Of a DNA stretch of 32,000 nucleotides, positions 1 through 9,875 are shown piece after piece; position 1 is the stretch's first letter, and each line of letters starts with the position of its first letter. Source of the DNA: Alkanindiges sp. WGS2144 (lineage in GTDB: Bacteria > Pseudomonadota > Gammaproteobacteria > Pseudomonadales > Moraxellaceae); NCBI RefSeq assembly GCF_043950625.1, contig NZ_CP171007.1. One strand, 5' to 3'. Under the pieces are notes generated by a model. It made no database searches. It was not told the origin of the DNA and worked only from the letters and a program-made list of their open reading frames with translations. Both the position numbers and the translations under genes were made by a program.

Positions 1-1013
1 TTTTGTGCCAGATCGGCGACCACAATGGTTTCACCAATCTGTACGTCATAGGTTTGCTTTTCTACAGGTTTGGCAAAGCCATGCTTATTGGACTGGCTGG
101 TTTTCAAGCCGCGCTTGTTAGGCTGGAAGCTTTGCTCCTCCTGCCCACGGTTCTTACCGCGTGCCTTGCCACCACGGCTATTGGCTGAACCACCACCACG
201 TTTGATTTCGCGGTTTTCCTGGTCAAATGACTCTTCATAAGCACGCCCTACCAGACCGGCGGCCAGCGGCGTATTGTCTTCCACCACTTTAATACTAATG
301 TCATCATTAGAATATTTGGATGCCATTTGACGCATCTGTTCCAGGGTGCGCTGTTGTGCTTCTTCAGCCGCCTTACGACGCGCTGCTTCTTCAGCCGCCC
401 TTAAGCGAGCCTCTTCCGCTTCACGTGCTTTTTTCTCTTCAGGGGTTTCTGATTTGCCCCGGGGCTCAGGCTTACGTACTTCAGCTTTACGTGCAACTTC
501 TGGTTTATCGCCACGCTTTTTAACCACCACTTCAGTCTTGGCACTCGCCCCTTCTTTAGGTTCAGACTGATGAGCCGCACGCATGGCATCCAGCGTTGCC
601 TTTTGACGTGCCTCAGCTTCAGCACGTGCCTGACTTTCGGCTTTTTCACGGGCAATCATATCTGCACGGGCTTTTTCAGCGGCTTCTGCCTTGGCTTTTG
701 CTTCTGCGGCCAATGCAGCCGGATCCGGCTTCACAAAAGTATGCTTCTTGCGTACTTCTACATTAATGGTTTTGGCCTTGCCGCCAGTCCCTGCAACCTT
801 GGCAGTGCTGGTGGTTTTACGTTTTAAGGTAATGTTGGCTGGGCCTTGTCCATGCGAACGCTTGAGGTGAGTAACCAGTTGCTCCTGCTCTGCTGCAGTT
901 ACGGTCGCATCTGCGCTACGTGTAGGCAGACCTGCTTCAACCAGTTGCTCGAGCAGCTTTTCGACTGGACGGCCTACATTTTCTGCCAATTCTTTTACGG
1001 TTTTGTCCGTCAT
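1..1013 (-). CDS. infB: Translation initiation factor IF-2, N-terminal part; the gene continues past position 1
   Basis: Absent from the ORF track because it runs off the window. My translation of the minus strand from the ATG at 1013-1011 gives [56 protein letters not shown], followed by a Lys/Ala/Glu/Arg-rich low-complexity region typical of the IF-2 N-terminus. It lies 12 nt downstream of the nusA stop, as in the conserved nusA-infB operon. Confidence 0.9.
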   Translation of the reverse strand, partial: MTDKTVKELAENVGRPVEKLLEQLVEAGLPTRSADATVTAAEQEQLVTHLKRSHGQGPANITLKRKTTSTAKVAGTGGKAKTINVEVRKKHTFVKPDPAALAAEAKAKAEAAEKARADMIAREKAESQARAEAEARQKATLDAMRAAHQSEPKEGASAKTEVVVKKRGDKPEVARKAEVRKPEPRGKSETPEEKKAREAEEARLRAAEEAARRKAAEEAQQRTLEQMRQMASKYSNDDISIKVVEDNTPLAAGLVGRAYEESFDQENREIKRGGGSANSRGGKARGKNRGQEEQSFQPNKRGLKTSQSNKHGFAKPVEKQTYDVQIGETIVVADLAQ

Positions 1014-1025
1014 AATTCGCTACCC

Positions 1026-2510
1026 CTAATTAAACCATGATTCACGGGCTTTCATAATTAACTGACCAGCCCTTTGGGGATCTAAGCCTTCTATATCAGC
1101 AATATCGTCTACTGCCTGATCGGCCAAATCGTCTACTGTTACAACACCACGGGCAGCCAGTGCAAAGGCTAGCTCATGGGTCATGCCTTCCATATTCAGA
1201 AGGTCTTCGCTAGGATCCTGAATACTCTCCTGCTGCAGCAAGGCGTCGGCAATAGCCACCTCCTTGGCACGATTTTGCAGCAGTTCAACCACTTCTTCAT
1301 CCAGTTCAATTTCGTCAAACGTCTCTGGCGGAACATAGGCCACCTCCTCAATAGAGGTAAAGCCCATGTCAACCAGTGCAACTGCCATTTCTTCATCCAG
1401 CTGCAAGCGCTCAACAAACATATCAATATATTGCTGGGCTTCAGACGCCTGACGCTCACGGTATTCATCTTCCAGCATCATATCCAGCTTATAGCCGGTT
1501 AGCTCAGAAGCCAGGCGTACATTCTGGCCCTGTGAGCCAATAGCACGTGCTAGCTGATCACCAGTGGCAAAGATAATATCGGCACTTTTTGCATCTTCAT
1601 CCAGTACAATACTGGATACATCAGCTGGCTCTAAGGCACTGGCAATATACTGCGCTGGATCATCCGACCATACCACCACATCAATACGCTCACCGTTAAG
1701 TTCCTGCTGCACTGCCTGAATACGCGTACCACGCATTCCGATACAGGCGCCCACCGGATCAATACGATGATCATTGGTTTTTACGGCAATCTTGGCACGT
1801 ACACCCGGCTGGCGGGCTGCACCCTTGATTTCAATAATTTCTTCACTGATCTCAGGAACTTCTTTACGCATTAGTGCCATCAGCATTTCTGGACGACCAC
1901 GCGACAGCAGTAACTGGGCACCGCGACCCTCACGGTTCACATTGTATAAAATGGCGTTGATACGCTGCTTGGGACGCAGCATTTCCTTGGGCAGCATTTC
2001 TTCACGTGCCAGATAGCCCTCGGCATTATCGCCCATATCAATGATAAAGCCATCTTTGGTTTGCTTTTTGACTTCACCGTAAATCAGCTCACCCACACGG
2101 GATGCATACTGGTCAGCAACCAGTGCACGCTCAGCTTCACGGATTTTTTGTACAATCACCTGCTTGGCAATCTGGGCAGCAATACGACCAAATTCGATGG
2201 ACTCTACCTGCTCTTCGCGGATATCACCAATTTTCCACTGCTCTTGATCCAGGTCACTAATGGCGTCCTGACAAGCTGGCATTTCGTGGTCTTCATCAGC
2301 CACCACTTCCCATTGACGGAAAGTTTCATAATCGCCAGTCTTACGGTCAATTTCCACCCGCAGCTGGGCTTCTTCATTCACGGTGCCTTCATAAAATTTC
2401 TTTTTGGTGGCTGCAACCAGTGCTTGCTCTAATGCCTGAAAAATCGCTTCCCGGCTGACACCTTTTTCGTTACTGACCGTTTCCACAACGGTAAGGATTT
2501 CGCGACTCAT
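1026..2510 (-). CDS. nusA: Transcription termination/antitermination factor NusA
   Basis: 494-aa ORF. The N-terminus is MSREILTVVETVSNEKGVSREAIFQALEQAL. It has an S1-like segment, KH-type motifs (PVGACIGMRGTRIQAV, AIGSQGQNVRLASELTG) and an acidic C-terminal repeat region. Position between rimP and infB fits. Confidence 0.95.
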   Translation of the reverse strand: MSREILTVVETVSNEKGVSREAIFQALEQALVAATKKKFYEGTVNEEAQLRVEIDRKTGDYETFRQWEVVADEDHEMPACQDAISDLDQEQWKIGDIREEQVESIEFGRIAAQIAKQVIVQKIREAERALVADQYASRVGELIYGEVKKQTKDGFIIDMGDNAEGYLAREEMLPKEMLRPKQRINAILYNVNREGRGAQLLLSRGRPEMLMALMRKEVPEISEEIIEIKGAARQPGVRAKIAVKTNDHRIDPVGACIGMRGTRIQAVQQELNGERIDVVVWSDDPAQYIASALEPADVSSIVLDEDAKSADIIFATGDQLARAIGSQGQNVRLASELTGYKLDMMLEDEYRERQASEAQQYIDMFVERLQLDEEMAVALVDMGFTSIEEVAYVPPETFDEIELDEEVVELLQNRAKEVAIADALLQQESIQDPSEDLLNMEGMTHELAFALAARGVVTVDDLADQAVDDIADIEGLDPQRAGQLIMKARESWFN

Positions 2511-2602
2511 ATGTCACCTTCTAATCAATTAAACCTAATTTGAATCAATGTACGCCTGCTGATCCTGTCTATGAATTCATCATTACAATGATTTAGTCTT
2601 GT

Positions 2603-3157
2603 CTAGTCCTGATAAATCAAGTTGGCCTTGTCAATATTATCGCCATCAATGACCAGCTGCTGCCCTTCCACCTCCACAGTAATGCCCTGATCACTCACGT
2701 CAAGCAGGGTTGCAGTCAGTTTACGCCGGTTTTCAACCGCACTAATCAAGCGCAAGGCAATTGCTTGCCCAATATATGCCTGCATTTGATTTAAGCTAAA
2801 AAATGGACGATCCCAGCCAGGGGAAGACACTTCCAGCGCGTACTCACCAGCGATCGGGTCATGAACATCCAGCACACCACTGACCTGGTGCGTCACTTTG
2901 ACACAGTCCTCAACGCCAATACCACGGCCAGCATCAGCATCGTCGACATCCACTTCAGCAGCGATATCTTCCGGGGAAGTATTATTGGCAGCCACCATGT
3001 CATCAGTATGACCGGCCAGCGGCTTATCAATATAAATACGCAATAGGGAGCGCTTGCCCTGTGGCAGGAATTCGATACCCCACAGGTCTACACCACACGC
3101 TGCGACTGCAGGCGCAATCAGCTCATACAGGGCTTGAGTTTTGGTAGAAAACTTCAT
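2603..3157 (-). CDS. rimP: Ribosome maturation factor RimP, with an acidic insertion of about 30 aa
   Basis: 184-aa ORF. Conserved blocks are [53 protein letters not shown] and NIDKANL. It sits immediately upstream of nusA. Confidence 0.9.
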   Translation of the reverse strand: MKFSTKTQALYELIAPAVAACGVDLWGIEFLPQGKRSLLRIYIDKPLAGHTDDMVAANNTSPEDIAAEVDVDDADAGRGIGVEDCVKVTHQVSGVLDVHDPIAGEYALEVSSPGWDRPFFSLNQMQAYIGQAIALRLISAVENRRKLTATLLDVSDQGITVEVEGQQLVIDGDNIDKANLIYQD

Positions 3158-3310
3158 GAATCGTCTTTAAACAGGTGAGCCAAAAAACCAGATGGGGCAA
3201 ATAGATGCAAGCGTACCTAAACCTACGCTCAATTTAAGACTCAAGTATTGGCAGCAACAGGTCTTTTTGCTTATCCATCACCGTTAGGTAGTGTTACAAA
3301 TCAAACATCA

Positions 3311-3340
3311 CAAATAAAAAAGGGGCGATATCGCCCACTT
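3311..3340 (-). terminator. Intrinsic terminator 2 in the metY-rimP spacer
   Basis: The minus strand reads aaaagtGGGCGATATCGCCCcttttttatttg. This is the GC-rich palindrome GGGCGATATCGCCC (3323-3336) followed by a T6 run. Confidence 0.65.
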
Positions 3341-3390
3341 TTATCAGTATACTTAACAACCTGCCTCTGGTGCCGGTTCATTAATGATAC

Positions 3391-3423
3391 TGAACAAAAA
3401 GGCTCAACCATGTGAGCCTTTTT
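3391..3423 (-). terminator. Intrinsic terminator 1, immediately 3' of tRNA-fMet; looks bidirectional
   Basis: The minus strand reads aaaaaGGCTCAcatggtTGAGCCtttttgttcag. The stem is 3401-3406/3413-3418, with A5 and T5 flanks that extend the helix and supply the U-tract. Confidence 0.7.
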
Positions 3424-3428
3424 AAATA

Positions 3429-3505
<77 letters not shown>

Positions 3506-3518
3506 TCAACAGGTGGGT

Positions 3519-3546
3519 ATTATATACCAACCTTAGTGCCTGTCAA
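3519..3546 (-). promoter_or_regulatory. Consensus sigma70 promoter for tRNA-fMet
   Basis: The minus strand has TTGACA (3546-3541), a 16-nt spacer and TATAAT (3524-3519), then the GC-rich discriminator acccacc. The mature tRNA 5' end at 3505 lies about 7 nt beyond the expected start site. An AT-rich tract (gaaaataaata) lies upstream. Confidence 0.65.
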
Positions 3547-3636
3547 TATTTATTTTCAAGAAAACATCGTCAGGTCTTTAATTACTGCCCACCATATATC
3601 AATTAAATCAAACAATTATATGACCTAGTCAATACA

Positions 3637-3721
3637 TGGTGCGGAAGGGGGGACTTGAACCCCCACGCCGTTAGGCACTACCACCTCAAGGTAGCGTGTC
3701 TACCAATTCCACCACCCCCGC
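3637..3721 (-). tRNA. leuU: tRNA-Leu (anticodon GAG)
   Basis: The reverse complement is GCGGGGGTGGTGGAATTGGTAGACACGCTACCTTGAGGTGGTAGTGCCTAACGGCGTGGGGGTTCAAGTCCCCCCTTCCGCACCA (85 nt, long variable arm, encoded CCA). The anticodon loop is TTGAGGT. It lies directly downstream of secG, as with E. coli secG-leuU. Confidence 0.9.
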
Positions 3722-3787
3722 AGCAAGGCGGCTATTCTATTCGACCTGATTTCAAAAAGAAAGCCTAATTTAAAGCAGCACGCCAGC

Positions 3788-4123
3788 TTAGGGCTTACTT
3801 GTTGAACTTTCAACCACCGGCTTGGCAGAATCGGTCGGTAAAGAAGGTGCTGGCAGGGTTTGCACCTCAGGCAGGGTATATTGCTGGCTTGCGTTCTTCT
3901 TGGCAAAAATTGCCAGGGTTACACTGGTCACAAAAAAGATAGTAATGAGTACCGCAGTAGAACGGGTCAGAAAGTTAGCGCTACCTGAGGCACCAAACAC
4001 GGTGGCCGCACCGCCGCCACCAAAAGACGCCCCTGCTTCGGCACCTTTGCCCTGCTGAATTAAAATAAGCCCGATCATGGACAGAGCTACCAAGATATGA
4101 ATCACTAGTACAAGCGTTTCCAA
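3788..4123 (-). CDS. secG: Preprotein translocase subunit SecG
   Basis: 111-aa ORF with two TM helices flanking LIQQGKGAEAGASFGGGGAATVFGASG. An AGGAGA Shine-Dalgarno lies upstream. Located between tpiA and tRNA-Leu. Confidence 0.9.
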   Translation of the reverse strand: METLVLVIHILVALSMIGLILIQQGKGAEAGASFGGGGAATVFGASGSANFLTRSTAVLITIFFVTSVTLAIFAKKNASQQYTLPEVQTLPAPSLPTDSAKPVVESSTSKP

Positions 4124-4150
4124 TGCTGTCTCCTGCCCGGCTCAACTCTT

Positions 4151-4936
4151 TTAACCAAAAGCCTGGGCAATTTTAATAAATGAATCTGCATCTAAAGATG
4201 CACCGCCAACCAACACCCCATCAATATGGGTACAGGCAGCCAATGATGCCGCATTATCAGGTTTTACACTGCCGCCGTAAAGTAGGGGCACCCCTGCAAG
4301 CGACGGATGATACAATTTTAAACCCCGACGGATGGCAGCATGAATACTCTCGGCATCTTCAGGACTGGCTGTTTTACCAGTGCCAATGGCCCATACTGGC
4401 TCATAAGCAACCAGTACCTGCTGCTGCCAGACTATCAGCGGCACACTGTTAAACACCTCATCAATTTGTTGCAATACCACTGCCTCAGCCCGGCCCGCCT
4501 CGCGTTCACTTAAGGTTTCACCCACACAAAACACAATGGTCAGGCCAGCTTTTGCCGCAAGGCTTAATTTTTCAGATAGCACAGCAGCTGTTTCACCATA
4601 TAAACTACGGCGTTCTGAGTGGCCAACCAGCACCATGTTAACGCCTGCGCCAGATAACAACTGCGCGGATACATCACCAGTATAGGCACCGGTGTCAGCA
4701 AAGCGGGAAATATCCTGCGCTGCCACTTTTATACTACTGCCGGATTGTTGTAACTGTGCCTGAACCGCCAGAATATGCAACATGGTAGGGGCTACTGCCA
4801 GTTGAACGCCAGCAGGTAGTTTTTGCTCATTACCAAGTGTGATCAGTTGCTGAGTTAATTGTTGTTGTGCCGTCAAAGTTGCAGGATTCATTTTCCAGTT
4901 TCCAATCACCCACGGCTTTGGCTTATTGCAGGGCAT
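4151..4936 (-). CDS. tpiA: Triosephosphate isomerase
   Basis: Motifs WVIGNWKMN, VLVGHSERR, AYEPVWAIGTGKTA and LYGGSVK are present. The ORF is open up to an ATG at 4972. I prefer the ATG at 4936 (MPCNKPKPWVIGNWKMN) because TpiA proteins start about 8-12 aa before the NWK motif. Neither start has a good Shine-Dalgarno. Confidence 0.9.
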   Translation of the reverse strand: MPCNKPKPWVIGNWKMNPATLTAQQQLTQQLITLGNEQKLPAGVQLAVAPTMLHILAVQAQLQQSGSSIKVAAQDISRFADTGAYTGDVSAQLLSGAGVNMVLVGHSERRSLYGETAAVLSEKLSLAAKAGLTIVFCVGETLSEREAGRAEAVVLQQIDEVFNSVPLIVWQQQVLVAYEPVWAIGTGKTASPEDAESIHAAIRRGLKLYHPSLAGVPLLYGGSVKPDNAASLAACTHIDGVLVGGASLDADSFIKIAQAFG

Positions 4937-4999
4937 AGACAAATTAATCCGGTTTAGTAAAAATACCGCCATTCTAGCGTAAAATCAGAGCATGTTTAC

Positions 5000-5497
5000 A
5001 TGATGCGCCAACTTATAATCAATAAACTACTGTTACAGCAAGGTTTTTTAAATCTAAGCCTGCCCGTTTACCTGTTCACTGGACTAATTCTGTGCTGTTT
5101 TTTAAATCCAGCCTATGCACAAAGCGTACAGCGCTGGCAGGATCAGCAGGGACAGTGGCATTTTGGTGATCAGGCAGCAGCAAAAGGCCACAATACCCAG
5201 CCGGTACTGATTAAAAATCCCATTTCAGTGGTTAAAAATGATCTGCCGGCACCACCTATTACCTCTCAGCTAAAGCCACGTCGCTACAACCATAATGGCA
5301 GTCACCAGCAAACACCTAGCCAACCTGCCACCCGTTCAGCACAACATAAGGAAAAATGCGCCAACTTAAGGGAGCAAATCCATGGACGTACTCTTAACAG
5401 TAAAGCAACCCGGAACGGTAAGGTCACTCAGCACCATCAAAATCTGGTTGAGCGGTATGAGCGTGAATGTATTGCCGGGCATTATTATGGTAATTGA
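5000..5497 (+). CDS. Secreted DUF4124-like protein
   Basis: 165-aa ORF. A signal peptide ends in AYA|QS, followed by VQRWQDQQGQWHFGDQ, which matches my memory of the DUF4124 core (W-x-D-x-x-G-x-x-H-F/Y-x-D). The rest is Gln/His/Thr-rich with two Cys near the C-terminus. Confidence 0.6.
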   Translation: MMRQLIINKLLLQQGFLNLSLPVYLFTGLILCCFLNPAYAQSVQRWQDQQGQWHFGDQAAAKGHNTQPVLIKNPISVVKNDLPAPPITSQLKPRRYNHNGSHQQTPSQPATRSAQHKEKCANLREQIHGRTLNSKATRNGKVTQHHQNLVERYERECIAGHYYGN

Positions 5498-5632
5498 TCA
5501 ATAGAACATATAGTCGATATTTTTAGCCTCACGGGCAGCGAGGATCATGTATCACATATCCGGTAACCAACATCCCTTTATAAAGATATTGTTCGCCGAT
5601 ATGCCTCTATAGCCCTTATTGGATACTTTACT

Positions 5633-5893
5633 GTGATAAATATACCCGAAACCCAAAACCTGGTATTGCCCGGTATCTATAAACATTATAAAGGTCAGCA
5701 TTATCAGGTTTTATATTGTGCCAGACATAGCGAAACACAGGAATGGCAGGTGGTTTATCGCTGCCTGTATGGCGATTTTTCAGTGTGGGTCAGGCCATTA
5801 GCCATGTTTACCGAACAGGTATATTTAACCCCAACCCAACAGGTTCCACGCTTCACTCTGAAAATCGCAACAGGCGTCACAACTTCTCATTAA
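5633..5893 (+). CDS. DUF1653 family protein
   Basis: 86-aa ORF with a GTG start. The sequence [50 protein letters not shown] matches the DUF1653 pattern as I recall it. Confidence 0.7.
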   Translation: MINIPETQNLVLPGIYKHYKGQHYQVLYCARHSETQEWQVVYRCLYGDFSVWVRPLAMFTEQVYLTPTQQVPRFTLKIATGVTTSH

Positions 5894-5997
5894 CAAACTT
5901 TAACAGTTGATTGTACAGATTGCATGGCTAGGTTATAGTGCTTCATTATCAGGGATGGTCAACGTATTTTATATGACAGCACGTATGTTGAGGTGGA

Positions 5998-7719
5998 ATG
6001 TTCATGGCTGCTGAACAAGCAAGTTCTGTGTCATTTGGTGGACTGGCACGGCGTCTGGTAAATGATGGTCTGGTCACGCCTGCTAACATGCAACGCGCGA
6101 TGAGTGATTCGCAACGTGAAAAAACCACGCTAGTCAGCACACTGGTTACGAATCTGGGTGTATCTCCCAGCCAGATTGCTAGCATTATTGCCCAGGAATT
6201 TGGCGATCCCCTGTTTGATCTGGATGCACTGGACAATGATGCCATCCCCAGAGATGCCGTCGAAGAAAAAATCATACGTCAATTTTCTGCGCTGCCTATT
6301 TTTAAGCGCGGCAATCGCCTGTCAGTCGCCATGAGTGACCCCACCCGGGTTGAGGCCATTGATGCCATTCGCTTTAACAGCAAACTCAATATTGATACCG
6401 TTGTTGTCGAAGAAGATAAATTACAGCGTTTAATTGAAAAACTTTATGCCGGTGCTGCCGACTTTGCCAATTTTGGTGACGACGGCATGGATTTTGACCT
6501 CGAAACAGAAAATACACCGGGGCAAGAGAGTGACGACGAAGCACCAGCTGCCGATGAAGCACCTATTGTTAAATTTGTAAACAAGCTGTTGCTTGATGCC
6601 ATTCGCATGGGTGCCTCCGACCTGCATTTTGAACCTTATGAAAAAATATATCGGGTGCGCTATCGTGTTGACGGCGTCATGCGTGAAATTGCACGCCCGC
6701 CCGTACAGCTGGCTTCCCGTCTGGCCGCACGTTTAAAAGTCATGTCGCAAATGGATATCTCTGAAAAGCGGATTCCACAGGATGGCCGCATCAAGCTCAA
6801 AATTTCCAAAACCAAGGCCATTGACTTTCGTGTTAACTCGCTGCCTACCCTGTTTGGGGAAAAGCTAGTACTGCGTATTCTTGACCCTTCCAGTGCTATG
6901 CTGGGTATTGATGCGCTGGGCTACGAGCCTGAGCAAAAAAACCTGTTTATGGAAGCGCTGGACAAGCCACAAGGCATGCTGCTGATTACTGGTCCTACAG
7001 GTTCTGGTAAAACTGTATCCTTGTATACCGGTCTTAATATCCTCAATACCGTAGAAAATAACATTTCAACTGCGGAAGACCCGGTGGAAATTAACCTGGA
7101 AGGTATTAATCAGGTTAACGTCAATCCCAGAGTTGGCCTCACCTTTGCCAGTGCGCTCAAGTCATTTTTACGTCAGGATCCCGACATCATCATGGTGGGT
7201 GAGATTCGTGACCTGGAAACGGCTGAAATTGCCGTCAAGGCAGCACAAACCGGCCATATGGTACTATCTACCCTGCACACCAACAGTGCACCGGAAACCT
7301 TAACCCGTCTGCGCAACATGGGTGTTCCTTCATTTAATATTGCAACTTCGGTCAACCTGGTCATTGCCCAGCGTCTGGCACGGCGCCTGTGCAAGAACTG
7401 CAAAAAACCCGCTGAAATTCCGCAGCAAAGCCTGCTGGAACTTGGCTTTACTGAAGCTGATCTGGCAAGTGGCTTTACGGTTTACCAGCCAGTAGGTTGC
7501 AGCGAATGCCGCGACGGCTATAAAGGTCGCGTGGGTATTTATGAAGTGATGAAAGTAAACTCTGAAATTGCCCGGATTATTATGGAAGATGGCAATGCCA
7601 TTGAAATTGCCGACGCCTCACAACGGGCCGGCTTTGATAACTTACGTCGCTCTGGCTTAAAAAAGGTCATGCAAGGCGTAACCAGCTTACAAGAAGTGAA
7701 TCGTGTAACCAGCGAATAA
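5998..7719 (+). CDS. pilB: Type IV pilus assembly ATPase PilB
   Basis: 573 aa. It has a T2SSE N-terminal domain, Walker A GPTGSGKT, Walker B/Asp box DPDIIMVGEIRD, His box GHMVLSTLHTN and a tetracysteine motif (CKNC...CSECRDGY). The start may instead be the second ATG at 6004, which has better spacing from GAGGTGG. Confidence 0.92.
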   Translation: MFMAAEQASSVSFGGLARRLVNDGLVTPANMQRAMSDSQREKTTLVSTLVTNLGVSPSQIASIIAQEFGDPLFDLDALDNDAIPRDAVEEKIIRQFSALPIFKRGNRLSVAMSDPTRVEAIDAIRFNSKLNIDTVVVEEDKLQRLIEKLYAGAADFANFGDDGMDFDLETENTPGQESDDEAPAADEAPIVKFVNKLLLDAIRMGASDLHFEPYEKIYRVRYRVDGVMREIARPPVQLASRLAARLKVMSQMDISEKRIPQDGRIKLKISKTKAIDFRVNSLPTLFGEKLVLRILDPSSAMLGIDALGYEPEQKNLFMEALDKPQGMLLITGPTGSGKTVSLYTGLNILNTVENNISTAEDPVEINLEGINQVNVNPRVGLTFASALKSFLRQDPDIIMVGEIRDLETAEIAVKAAQTGHMVLSTLHTNSAPETLTRLRNMGVPSFNIATSVNLVIAQRLARRLCKNCKKPAEIPQQSLLELGFTEADLASGFTVYQPVGCSECRDGYKGRVGIYEVMKVNSEIARIIMEDGNAIEIADASQRAGFDNLRRSGLKKVMQGVTSLQEVNRVTSE

Positions 7720-7742
7720 GATGAGATAGGGACGATAATAAT

Positions 7743-8969
7743 ATGGCGGCTAAACAGGCAACGATGACGCCCACTTTTGTCTATGAGGGGATAGACCGTA
7801 AGGGGCAAAAGGTTAAGGGAGAAATTCCCAGCAAGAACATGGCACTAGCCAAGGTAACACTTCGCAAGCAGGGAATCAGTGTTTCCAAGATTTATCAGAA
7901 AAGAAAAGACGTTCTGGCTTTTTTGACCAAGAAAAAAGTTAAAACCCTGGATATCACCATTTTTACCCGTCAGCTGGCGACCATGATGAAAGCGGGTGTA
8001 CCTCTGGTGCAATCTTTTGAAATTGTAGCTGAAGGCCTGGAAAACCCGGCCATGCGCGAAGTGGTACTAGGCATTAAAGGCGAAGTGGAAGGCGGTAATA
8101 CCTTTGCCGGTGCACTGCGTAAATACCCACAATATTTTGATGATCTGTTTTGCTCGCTGGTTGCCTCAGGTGAGCAATCTGGTGCACTGGAAACCATGCT
8201 GGATCGGGTGGCTATTTATAAGGAAAAAAGTGAGCTTTTAAAACAGAAAATTAAAAAGGCCATGAAGTATCCGGCCACGGTCATTGTAGTTGCATTGATT
8301 GTAACCATTATTCTGATGGTCAAGGTAGTACCTGTATTCCAGGACTTGTTTAGCTCATTTGGTGCTGACCTGCCAGCCTTTACCCAGATGGTGGTCAATA
8401 TGTCCAAATGGATGCAATCCTACTGGTATATTCTGATCATTGTCATTGGATTAACGATTGGTGCATTTCTGGAAGCCAAAAAGCGCAGTCAGGCGTTTCG
8501 GGATTTTCTGGATCGTGCCTCTTTAAAAGCGCCTATTTTTGGTGACCTGGTGTACAAGGCCATTATTGCCCGTTATAGCCGTACGCTGGCCACTACTTTT
8601 GCTGCCGGTGTTCCCCTGATTGAGGCGCTGGAATCTACCGCTGGTGCAACCAACAACGTCGTTTACCGTGATGCCGTGATGCGCATTCGTGAAGATGTAT
8701 CTACCGGGCAGCAATTACAGTTTGCCATGCGTAGCACTGACCGCTTTCCTTCCATGGCTGTACAAATGGTATCCATTGGTGAAGAATCCGGTGCACTGGA
8801 TGCCATGCTGGATAAAGTCGCCACCCACTTTGAAAACGAGGTAGATAACGCGGTAGATGGCTTAACCAGCATGATGGAACCGCTCATCATGGCCATTCTT
8901 GGGGTGCTGGTTGGCGGTCTGGTGGTTGCCATGTACCTGCCGATTTTCCAGATGGGCTCGGTGGTTTAA
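7743..8969 (+). CDS. pilC: Type IV pilus inner-membrane platform protein PilC (GspF family)
   Basis: 408 aa with a duplicated GspF-type domain (SGEQSGALETMLDRVA and IGEESGALDAMLDKVA) and three TM segments. Located between pilB and pilD. Confidence 0.92.
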   Translation: MAAKQATMTPTFVYEGIDRKGQKVKGEIPSKNMALAKVTLRKQGISVSKIYQKRKDVLAFLTKKKVKTLDITIFTRQLATMMKAGVPLVQSFEIVAEGLENPAMREVVLGIKGEVEGGNTFAGALRKYPQYFDDLFCSLVASGEQSGALETMLDRVAIYKEKSELLKQKIKKAMKYPATVIVVALIVTIILMVKVVPVFQDLFSSFGADLPAFTQMVVNMSKWMQSYWYILIIVIGLTIGAFLEAKKRSQAFRDFLDRASLKAPIFGDLVYKAIIARYSRTLATTFAAGVPLIEALESTAGATNNVVYRDAVMRIREDVSTGQQLQFAMRSTDRFPSMAVQMVSIGEESGALDAMLDKVATHFENEVDNAVDGLTSMMEPLIMAILGVLVGGLVVAMYLPIFQMGSVV

Positions 8970-9829
8970 TGCAGGCTTTTATTCAACTGTTAATTGATAC
9001 ACCTTGGTTGCTGCTTAGCGTCATTGCTGTTCTGGGATTATGTGTAGGCAGCTTTTTGAACGTCGTCATTTACCGTCTCCCCCGTATGATGGAGCAAGAA
9101 TGGCGCCATGAATGCACTATTCTACTAAACGGCACCGCATCTGCCGAACCTGTTGCCCTGAGCTTAAGTAAACCTGCTTCTAGCTGTCCACACTGCCAGC
9201 ACCAGATTCGCTGGTATGAGAATATCCCCCTGTTCAGCTGGCTGGCTTTACGTGGTAAATGCTCTGCCTGTCACAGTAAAATCAGCATTCGTTATCCACT
9301 GGTTGAGCTAGCCACCATGCTGGCTTCCATTGTGGTGGTACTCAGTTTTGGTCCAACTTTTAAAATGCTGGCGGCACTGCTACTTACCTGGGTATTGATT
9401 GCCCTCACCGGTATTGATTTTGACACTCAGCTGCTGCCGGATCGTTTAACCTTACCTATTGCTGGATTGGGTCTGGCAATTAATACGCAAAGCCTGTTTA
9501 TCTCCCCTACCCAGTCGATATGGGGCTATGTAATCGGCTTTTTGGTGCTATGGCTGGTTTATATTGTTTTTAAACTGGTTACTGGCAAGGAAGGCATGGG
9601 TTATGGCGACTTTAAATTGCTGGCGGCACTGGGCGCATGGCTTGGCCCCCTGATGTTGCCCCTGATTATTCTGCTGTCATCCATGGTAGGCGCAATCATT
9701 GGACTTGCCTTGTTAAAAATCCGCAAGGAAAACCTGCCGTTTGCCTTTGGCCCTTACCTGGCAATTGCTGGCTGGATTGCACTCATCTGGGGAAATAATC
9801 TGATGACGCTTTATCTGGGTGGTTATTAA
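8969..9829 (+). CDS. pilD: Prepilin leader peptidase / N-methyltransferase PilD (peptidase A24)
   Basis: 286 aa, polytopic. It has paired Cys motifs CPHCQHQI...CSACHSKI and the catalytic-Asp region GMGYGDFKLLAALGAWLG. Its ATG overlaps the pilC TAA by 1 nt (TAATG). Confidence 0.92.
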   Translation: MQAFIQLLIDTPWLLLSVIAVLGLCVGSFLNVVIYRLPRMMEQEWRHECTILLNGTASAEPVALSLSKPASSCPHCQHQIRWYENIPLFSWLALRGKCSACHSKISIRYPLVELATMLASIVVVLSFGPTFKMLAALLLTWVLIALTGIDFDTQLLPDRLTLPIAGLGLAINTQSLFISPTQSIWGYVIGFLVLWLVYIVFKLVTGKEGMGYGDFKLLAALGAWLGPLMLPLIILLSSMVGAIIGLALLKIRKENLPFAFGPYLAIAGWIALIWGNNLMTLYLGGY

Positions 9830-9875
9830 AACAAGGGTAATCAGGATTTGACTTTCAGGATAACTATTTTTTAAG

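Noticed and set aside
320-1040. Plus-strand ORFs at 320-523, 346-570, 570-827 and 846-1040.
   Set aside because: They are antisense to the infB N-terminal coding region. The repetitive GC-rich codons of the IF-2 charged region generate open frames on the opposite strand.
3700-3906. A 68-aa minus-strand ORF overlapping the tRNA-Leu 5' end and the secG 3' end.
   Set aside because: It overlaps a confident tRNA and, in another frame, the confident secG gene. It has no independent support.
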